A DNA stretch of 32,000 bases from Parasynechococcus marenigrum WH 8102. Lineage in GTDB: Bacteria; Cyanobacteriota; Cyanobacteriia; PCC-6307; Cyanobiaceae. The stretch lies in contig NC_005070.1 of NCBI RefSeq assembly GCF_000195975.1, forward strand, positions 510,001 through 542,000. The letters are read 5' to 3'. The position numbers and the translations under genes are program-made. The notes under the pieces are model-generated. The model was given only the letters and a program-made list of their open reading frames with translations. It was not told where the DNA came from and ran no database searches. Positions 25,859 to 32,000 of this stretch are shown one piece after another (the stretch's first letter is position 1; each line of letters begins with the position of its first letter).

Positions 25859-26612
25859 GCCCCAGCTCCGCAGCAGCCGAGATGTGGATGTGTCCTCGTT
25901 TCTGGAGGACGGCCTGGCTGTGAAGCAGCACCTCAGCCGATATTTGGAGCTGTCGCTCGAGCAGGTGGAGCAGCGCTTGCCCAGCAGCACGGATGATCTG
26001 GCGGATCTGCACCCGGGTGCCTTCCGACCGGAGGACGCCACGACCTTCTACGAGGACACGGTGGGGACGGGCCATCTGCTTGAGCTGGCGGCCTGGCACC
26101 TCAGCAGTGCTGACTACATCGCCGACACCCTGCGACTGCAGGGGATGACCGCCCGGGGTCAGGTGCTCGACTTTGGTGGCGGCATCGGCACCCATGCCCT
26201 CTCGGCGGCGGCACTACCCCAGGTGGATCACGTCTGGTTCGTCGATCTGAACCCTCACAACCAGGCTTTTGTCGAGCAACGGGCGGCTGCTCTTGGCCTG
26301 TCCGACAAGCTCTCGGTGCATCGGGATCTGGAGTCCACCGGTGAGGTGCGTTTCGACACGGTGGTTTGCCTTGATGTACTGGAACATCTGCCCGATCCTT
26401 CCGCACAGCTGCAGGCGTTTCATCAGCGCATGGCGTCCGATGCCACGGCGTTGCTGAATTGGTACTTCTTCAAGGGGCACGACGGCGAATATCCCTTCCA
26501 CTTCGATGATCCGCAGCTGGTTGATCAGTTCTTCACCACCTTGCAGGGACGGTTCCTTGAGGTATTTCACCAGTTATTGATCACAGCACGCCTGTATCGG
26601 CCGATTGCGTAG
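25857..26612 (+). CDS. class I SAM-dependent methyltransferase
   Basis: VLDFGGGIGTHALSAA (motif I) and FDTVVCLDVLEHLPDP (motif II/III region). 251 aa. Confidence 0.75.
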   Translation: MPQLRSSRDVDVSSFLEDGLAVKQHLSRYLELSLEQVEQRLPSSTDDLADLHPGAFRPEDATTFYEDTVGTGHLLELAAWHLSSADYIADTLRLQGMTARGQVLDFGGGIGTHALSAAALPQVDHVWFVDLNPHNQAFVEQRAAALGLSDKLSVHRDLESTGEVRFDTVVCLDVLEHLPDPSAQLQAFHQRMASDATALLNWYFFKGHDGEYPFHFDDPQLVDQFFTTLQGRFLEVFHQLLITARLYRPIA

Positions 26613-26624
26613 GCGCCATTCAAA

Positions 26625-26653
26625 AGCCCCAGATACCTGCAGGTTCTGGGGCT
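26625..26653 (-). terminator. hairpin between the convergent methyltransferase and rpmA genes, probably the rplU-rpmA terminator
   Basis: A 9-bp stem AGCCCCAGA / TCTGGGGCT with an 11-nt loop. On the minus strand it is followed by UUUG. There is no U-run on the plus strand. Confidence 0.5.
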
Positions 26654-26681
26654 CATGGATTTGAGGCTACGACGGTGAACG

Positions 26682-26948
26682 TCAGACAGCTGCAGTGATG
26701 TTGATCCGTTTGCGGTTGCGCAGGCCGCGGCGAATGGTTTCGAACTTCACCACGCCAGCGGTGAGGGCAAACAGGGTGTCGTCCTTGCCGATGCCCACGT
26801 TGATGCCAGGCAGAACCGAGGTGCCGCGCTGACGGATCAGGATCGAACCGGCGGTGACGGTTTCGCCGCCATAGGCCTTCACGCCAAGGCGCTTGGCATT
26901 GGAATCGCGACCGTTGCGTGTGGAGCCTGTGCCTTTCTTATGTGCCAT
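26682..26948 (-). CDS. rpmA: 50S ribosomal protein L27
   Basis: [28 protein letters not shown]. 88 aa. Confidence 0.97.
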   Translation of the reverse strand: MAHKKGTGSTRNGRDSNAKRLGVKAYGGETVTAGSILIRQRGTSVLPGINVGIGKDDTLFALTAGVVKFETIRRGLRNRKRINITAAV

Positions 26949-26992
26949 GGGGTGGAAAAGGGATGGAGGGCGGTGCGGGAGAACCGGGAGGG

Positions 26993-27406
26993 TCAGCTGA
27001 TGGCCTTGCCGCCCACGGTGATGGATTCAACCATCACTCGGGTGAGTTCCTGTCTGTGGCCATTCTTGCGCCGCGTCTTCTTTTTCGGGCGCATTTTGTA
27101 CACGATCACCTTGGGACCCCGGCGATGGGCCATCACCTTCAGGGCCACCGTGGCGTCTTTGACAAAGGGCTGTCCAAGGGTGGTTCCCTTGGAATCCTTC
27201 ACCATCAGAACGTTTTCGAGCTTGATGGTCTCGTCGACTTCAGCGTGAAGCCGATCAACGTCGTAATAGCGGTTGGCCTGGACCCACATCTGTGTGCCGG
27301 AGGCTTCGACGATGGCGTAGGCCTCAGAAGAAGGCGCTGCAGCAGGGGGGGTGGCGGTCGCTTCTTCCGCGTCTGTGGCGGGAGTGGCGGTTTTGGTGTC
27401 AGCCAT
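26993..27406 (-). CDS. rplU: 50S ribosomal protein L21, with an Ala/Thr/Pro-rich N-terminal extension
   Basis: [24 protein letters not shown]...[36 protein letters not shown]. Confidence 0.93.
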   Translation of the reverse strand: MADTKTATPATDAEEATATPPAAAPSSEAYAIVEASGTQMWVQANRYYDVDRLHAEVDETIKLENVLMVKDSKGTTLGQPFVKDATVALKVMAHRRGPKVIVYKMRPKKKTRRKNGHRQELTRVMVESITVGGKAIS

Positions 27407-27536
27407 GGGTAAAAGACACGGTCAGGCTCGGTCAAAACCGATTCAGCCTGAACCGCAATCGAAAGACAAACAAAGATCTTCGATCATCGAGGTCCCTGTC
27501 GTCAACATTCAGGAACATTGATCTCCTGACCGCCTG

Positions 27537-28427
27537 ATGGCCAGGCCGGGCCTCACGATTGCCTTGCTGCTCACCACACCGAATCTGGTGGATGCCTGTC
27601 AGCAGTGGTTGCCGGACACGCGATACCACTCCATCGTCCTAAGCGGACCTCATCAGGGGCAGGAGCAGCTGGATCTGGTCAGCACCCTCGAGGCCCAGCA
27701 GGAGGAGATCGACGCGGTGGTGGTGGAGCAGCAGCTGCTGGATGCCAGCAGTCGCGACCAGCTGCTCGGCCGAGGGCTGTTGTTCCCCGCCGTTGTGGTG
27801 GGTGAGATGAAGGGCCATGTGGACTACCACGCCGAGGAGCTGCATCTCGCCGAAGATCAGCTGGCGCAGCTGGGCTACACGGTTGATGCCGCCATCTCAC
27901 GCTTTCTGCGCCAGGGACGTGCCGATGGTCGATCTGACGACGATGGATTGGCATCTGTCGACAAGTTGTCCCGCCGTTTGCAGGAACGGCTCGGGTACCT
28001 CGGGGTCTTCTACAAGCGGGATCCATCTCGCTTTCTCGGCAGCCTTCCCACCGAGGAACGGCGCGAGTTGCTGGAGTCGCTGCAGCGCACCTACCGCGAT
28101 CTGCTGATCAGTTATTTCAGCGACCCTGCCGCGTCAAACCAGGCGCTGGAGAGTTTTGTCAACACCGCCTTTTTCAGTGATCTGCCGATCACCAGAACCG
28201 TCGACATTCACGTTGATCAGATCGATGAGTTCTGGAAGCAGCTGCGGCTTGAAGGGAACAAGAGCGAATTTCTTCAGGATTACCGCCTTGCGCTTCTCGA
28301 TGTGATGGCCCATTTGTGTGAGATGTACCGGCGCTCCATCCCGCCGGACATTCCGCTTTCCGGTTTGGCCTCTGGTCGACACCGACGGGAGGCTGATCTG
28401 CCGGATGCCCCAGAGGTGTCGTCATGA
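27537..28427 (+). CDS. kaiA: circadian clock protein KaiA
   Basis: 296 aa, immediately upstream of kaiB. The N-terminal pseudo-receiver-like half and the C-terminal helical half ([19 protein letters not shown]) fit KaiA. Its stop overlaps the kaiB ATG (ATGA). Confidence 0.88.
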   Translation: MARPGLTIALLLTTPNLVDACQQWLPDTRYHSIVLSGPHQGQEQLDLVSTLEAQQEEIDAVVVEQQLLDASSRDQLLGRGLLFPAVVVGEMKGHVDYHAEELHLAEDQLAQLGYTVDAAISRFLRQGRADGRSDDDGLASVDKLSRRLQERLGYLGVFYKRDPSRFLGSLPTEERRELLESLQRTYRDLLISYFSDPAASNQALESFVNTAFFSDLPITRTVDIHVDQIDEFWKQLRLEGNKSEFLQDYRLALLDVMAHLCEMYRRSIPPDIPLSGLASGRHRREADLPDAPEVSS

Positions 28428-28738
28428 GCCCACGCAAGACCTACATCCTCAAGCTCTACGTCGCCGGAAACACGCCGAATTCGATGCGTGCCCTCAAAAC
28501 GCTGCGCAACATCCTTGAAACCGAGTTCCGCGGCGTTTACGCCCTGAAGGTGATTGACGTTCTCAAAAATCCCCAGCTTGCTGAGGAAGACAAGATCCTT
28601 GCTACTCCCACCCTTTCGAAGATCCTTCCGCCGCCGGTGCGCCGCATCATCGGTGATCTGTCGGATCGTGAGCGGGTGCTGATCGGCCTCGATCTGCTGT
28701 ACGACGAATTGGCCGACAACGCCTTCAGTTCCGGCTAG
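28424..28738 (+). CDS. kaiB: circadian clock protein KaiB
   Basis: [26 protein letters not shown]...[22 protein letters not shown]. 104 aa. Confidence 0.97.
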   Translation: MSPRKTYILKLYVAGNTPNSMRALKTLRNILETEFRGVYALKVIDVLKNPQLAEEDKILATPTLSKILPPPVRRIIGDLSDRERVLIGLDLLYDELADNAFSSG

Positions 28739-28864
28739 ATGGATGCTGTCGATGAGCAGAACGACACGTCGACGCCGGATTCGCCAACGGATTCTTAAGC
28801 CAGATGGTGATCACTCTCCTCTCCCAGACAGACCTTCCTACGGTCCTTTCATAGGTGTAGCGCC

Positions 28865-30403
28865 ATGCAGTTTCCCCCAGCCAGCGGCTCGACTCAGATG
28901 CAGGTGCAGAAGCTCCCCACCGGCATCGAGGGCTTTGATGATGTCTGTCAGGGCGGGCTGCCGATCGGTCGCAGCACCCTGATCAGCGGAACCTCCGGCA
29001 CCGGTAAGACGGTGTTCTCCTTGCATTTCCTCCACAACGGCATCAAGCATTTCGATGAGCCGGGTATCTTCGTCACCTTTGAGGAATCACCGCTCGACAT
29101 CCTGCGCAATGCCGCCAGCTTCGGTTGGAACCTGCAGGAGATGGTGGAGCAAGACAAGCTATTCATCCTCGATGCGTCCCCTGATCCCGATGGCCAGGAC
29201 GTGGCCGGAAGTTTTGATCTCTCCGGTCTGATCGAGAGGATCAACTACGCCATCCGCAAGTACAAGGCCAAGCGGGTCGCGATCGATTCGATCACGGCGG
29301 TGTTCCAGCAGTACGACGCGGTGTTCGTGGTGCGCCGGGAGATCTTCCGGCTTATCGCTCGGCTGAAGGAGATCGGCGTCACCACGGTGATGACGACGGA
29401 ACGCATCGACGAGTACGGACCGATTGCGCGCTACGGCGTTGAGGAGTTCGTCTCCGACAACGTGGTGATCCTGCGCAATGTGTTGGAGGGTGAGCGCCGT
29501 CGCCGCACGGTGGAGATCCTCAAATTGCGGGGCACCACCCACATGAAGGGGGAATTCCCCTTCACCATGGGCACCCACGGCATCAGCATCTTCCCGCTGG
29601 GTGCCATGCGACTGACCCAGCGCTCCTCGAACGTGCGGGTCAGTTCCGGTGTGCCGCGGCTGGACGAGATGTGCGGTGGTGGGTTCTTCAAGGATTCGAT
29701 CATCCTGGCCACTGGTGCCACCGGTACCGGCAAGACCCTGCTGGTGTCCAAATTCATCGAAGACGCTTGCCGCAACAAGGAGCGGGCGATCCTGTTTGCC
29801 TACGAAGAGTCCCGCGCTCAGTTGCTGCGCAACGGCACCAGCTGGGGCATCGACTTCGAGCAGATGGAGCAGGACGGTCTGCTCAAGATCATCTGCGCCT
29901 ACCCCGAATCCACCGGGTTGGAGGATCACCTGCAGATCATCAAAACGGATATCGGTCAGTTCAAGCCATCCCGGATGGCCATCGACTCCCTCTCGGCCCT
30001 GGCTCGGGGCGTCAGCCACAACGCTTTCCGGCAATTCGTGATCGGCGTGACCGGCTATGCCAAACAGGAGGAGATCGCCGGCTTCTTTACGAACACCTCT
30101 GAGGAGTTCATGGGCAGCCACTCGATCACCGACTCCCACATCTCCACCATCACCGACACGATCCTGATGCTGCAGTACGTGGAGATTCGCGGTGAGATGG
30201 CCCGGGCGCTGAATGTGTTCAAGATGCGCGGGTCCTGGCACGACAAGGGCATCCGCGAATTCGTGATCACCGGCAATGGTCCGCAGATCAAGGATTCCTT
30301 CTCCAACTTCGAGCGGATCATCTCCGGCGTTCCCCATCGGGTCACCACCGACGAACGCAGCGAGTTGTCCCGCATCGCCCGCGGCGTCTCCAGCGAGGAC
30401 TAA
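28865..30403 (+). CDS. kaiC: circadian clock protein KaiC
   Basis: Duplicated RecA-like halves with Walker A motifs GTSGTGKT and GATGTGKT. The phospho-site region SITDSHISTITDTI and FKMRGSWHDKGIREF are present. 512 aa. Confidence 0.98.
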   Translation: MQFPPASGSTQMQVQKLPTGIEGFDDVCQGGLPIGRSTLISGTSGTGKTVFSLHFLHNGIKHFDEPGIFVTFEESPLDILRNAASFGWNLQEMVEQDKLFILDASPDPDGQDVAGSFDLSGLIERINYAIRKYKAKRVAIDSITAVFQQYDAVFVVRREIFRLIARLKEIGVTTVMTTERIDEYGPIARYGVEEFVSDNVVILRNVLEGERRRRTVEILKLRGTTHMKGEFPFTMGTHGISIFPLGAMRLTQRSSNVRVSSGVPRLDEMCGGGFFKDSIILATGATGTGKTLLVSKFIEDACRNKERAILFAYEESRAQLLRNGTSWGIDFEQMEQDGLLKIICAYPESTGLEDHLQIIKTDIGQFKPSRMAIDSLSALARGVSHNAFRQFVIGVTGYAKQEEIAGFFTNTSEEFMGSHSITDSHISTITDTILMLQYVEIRGEMARALNVFKMRGSWHDKGIREFVITGNGPQIKDSFSNFERIISGVPHRVTTDERSELSRIARGVSSED

Positions 30404-32000
30404 GCCAACTGTTCAGCGGTGGAACGACGTTCGGCCTGCAGCTTCAGTTCATCCACATCCGCCTGACCCAAGGGCAGATCAAACCAGAAGGTGGTTCCCA
30501 CCTCCGGTTCACTGGCCATAGACACCTTGGTGCCATGTTTCTCGAGAATTCCACGCACGATTGAGAGGCCCAGGCCGGTTCCTACTTCCGTGTGGACGGC
30601 ATTTTCCACACGGAAAAAGCGGTCGAAGATCCGCTCCTGGTCAGCGGCGCTGATGCCGCAGCCGGTGTCCGCGACTTCCACCCGCAGCCGCGGCAGCGGT
30701 GAGCTGAGCGCACAGCTGGGGCCCGCCTGTTCATCGTTCGGAGATCCCACGGGACAGGTGTCGGGCCAGGGATATGCCCGCAGGGCCAGAGTCCCGCCGG
30801 AACGGCTGAACTTCAGGGCATTGCCCACGAGGTTGTCGAGCACCTGCAGCAGCAGATCCCAGTTGCCCAGTACTTCAGGCAAATCCTCCGGTGCATCCAG
30901 CTCAAGCTTCACATGCTTGTCGTCGGCGTTGAGGCGGTAGGCGCGCAGGGTCTGCTCCATGGCGGGGAGAAGATTCATCGCTTCGAACTGAACGGCGCGA
31001 CCGGACTCCAGGCGTGAGAGGTCGAGCACGTCGTTAACGAGCCGGGTGAGGCGATCGGTTTCGTCATTGGCGACGCCGAGAAATTCCTTGTGTTCTTCGG
31101 GGCTGAGCTGATCACCGAGGTCGTGCAGTGTTTCGACGTAGCTCTTGATGTTGAACAGTGGTGTGCGCAGCTCATGGGAGACGTTGCTGATGAAACGACT
31201 CTGAGCTGCATTCAGTTCCACCTCCCTGGTGAGATCCTGCACGGTGACGGCAATGCCCTTGAGCGATTCGCCGCTGGCATCGCGTACGGCCTGCATCACG
31301 ATGCGCAGCGTTCGGCTCGGTTCACCGACGCTGCAGCGCAGGTCTTCACTGTCAGCGCCGCTGATCAGCAGCAGATCGAGGGGGGCCTGGAGTTCGATCG
31401 CCAGCAGGTCCGGCAATTCGGCCACCAGCTCCTGCCCTTCCAACTTGCGGCCCTCCCAGCGGAACAGACGCCGGGCGGTGGGGTTGGCCAGCACGATCCG
31501 GCCCTGCTCATCAAGAAGAATGGCGCCGTCGGCCATGGTGGCGATCAGCGACTGCTGCTTCACCTGGGCTGCGGTCAACTCCTCGATGTTGGCCTCGTCG
31601 TAGGCCTCGAGCTGGGAGGCCATGGCGTTGAAGCCGGTCAGCAATTCCCCCAGCTCACCGCCAACGGGCAGGTCGATGCGGGCCTGGAAGTTGCCGAGAG
31701 AAATCGAACGAACGCCTCGCAGCAGTTCCTTCACCGGGCGGGTGATGGTGAGGGCGTTGAACACAGCCCCCAGAATCACCAGCACCCAGATCGAGATGAA
31801 CACCGCCACGGTCACCTCGCGGGTGAGGGCGGCGCTGGCGAGAGCGGTTTCATTGGGGTTCACCCCCAGACCGAGCACGCCGTAATAACGGCCGTTGCGA
31901 ATCAGGGGGACGAACACATCAGTCACCCGGCCCTGGGGGGTGAGGTGCTGCCGCACAAGGGGATTCTGCGGGCGGCGGCGCAGTTCGTCCGGCAGCTCCA
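30400..32000 (-). CDS. nblS: sensor histidine kinase, NblS/Hik33 (DspA)-like; the N-terminus lies beyond the right edge
   Basis: HAMP region (ITRPVKELLRGVRSISLGNF), PAS region, and H-box FISNVSHELRTPLFNIKSYVETLHD, which matches the Hik33/NblS-type H-box as I recall it. N/G1/G2 ATPase boxes are present. The frame stays open through 32000. Confidence 0.75.
   Translation of the reverse strand, partial: ELPDELRRRPQNPLVRQHLTPQGRVTDVFVPLIRNGRYYGVLGLGVNPNETALASAALTREVTVAVFISIWVLVILGAVFNALTITRPVKELLRGVRSISLGNFQARIDLPVGGELGELLTGFNAMASQLEAYDEANIEELTAAQVKQQSLIATMADGAILLDEQGRIVLANPTARRLFRWEGRKLEGQELVAELPDLLAIELQAPLDLLLISGADSEDLRCSVGEPSRTLRIVMQAVRDASGESLKGIAVTVQDLTREVELNAAQSRFISNVSHELRTPLFNIKSYVETLHDLGDQLSPEEHKEFLGVANDETDRLTRLVNDVLDLSRLESGRAVQFEAMNLLPAMEQTLRAYRLNADDKHVKLELDAPEDLPEVLGNWDLLLQVLDNLVGNALKFSRSGGTLALRAYPWPDTCPVGSPNDEQAGPSCALSSPLPRLRVEVADTGCGISAADQERIFDRFFRVENAVHTEVGTGLGLSIVRGILEKHGTKVSMASEPEVGTTFWFDLPLGQADVDELKLQAERRSTAEQLA

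Noticed and set aside
28743-28982. 79-aa ORF spanning the kaiB-kaiC spacer and the kaiC start.
   Set aside because: It is out of frame with kaiC, Arg/Pro/Ser-rich and has no motifs. It is explained by overlap with the genuine kaiC frame.

Overview
High-GC (about 60%) cyanobacterial chromosome segment. Gene content and order look like a marine, kaiA-containing Synechococcus. Almost all of the window is densely packed core genome. From left to right: atpD (5' end), K-box/CIRCE-regulated groES-groEL, a roughly 3-kb low-GC islet, secG-gpmI, pyrR, ftrV, an atypical Hsp70-family gene with a membrane-anchored neighbour, rpoZ, DUF1818 and DUF2811 genes, an EVE-domain gene, murD, tRNA-Val(GAC), a PSII S4-domain gene, serA-prmA, petF, psbV, rnz, SpoIID-like and NagB-like genes, a YebC-family gene, truB, rplU-rpmA, kaiA-kaiB-kaiC and an NblS/Hik33-like histidine kinase that runs off the right edge. 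The only clearly accessory DNA is the low-GC islet at about 2398..5383. It holds a methyltransferase, an unknown protein with a coiled-coil tail and a GT2-like glycosyltransferase, and has no mobility genes. Other points worth a second look: a 57-codon Nif11-domain ORF that falls below the ORF-track cutoff; a membrane-protein gene that appears frameshifted; a 300-nt structured non-coding gap; a possible NblA-like small protein; and an in-frame acidic mini-ORF behind the kaiB stop codon. I found no CRISPR array, transposase, integrase, rRNA or recognisable defence system. I cannot support a claim that the window contains a complete novel system. The many long ORFs antisense to real genes are the expected artefact of high GC content.
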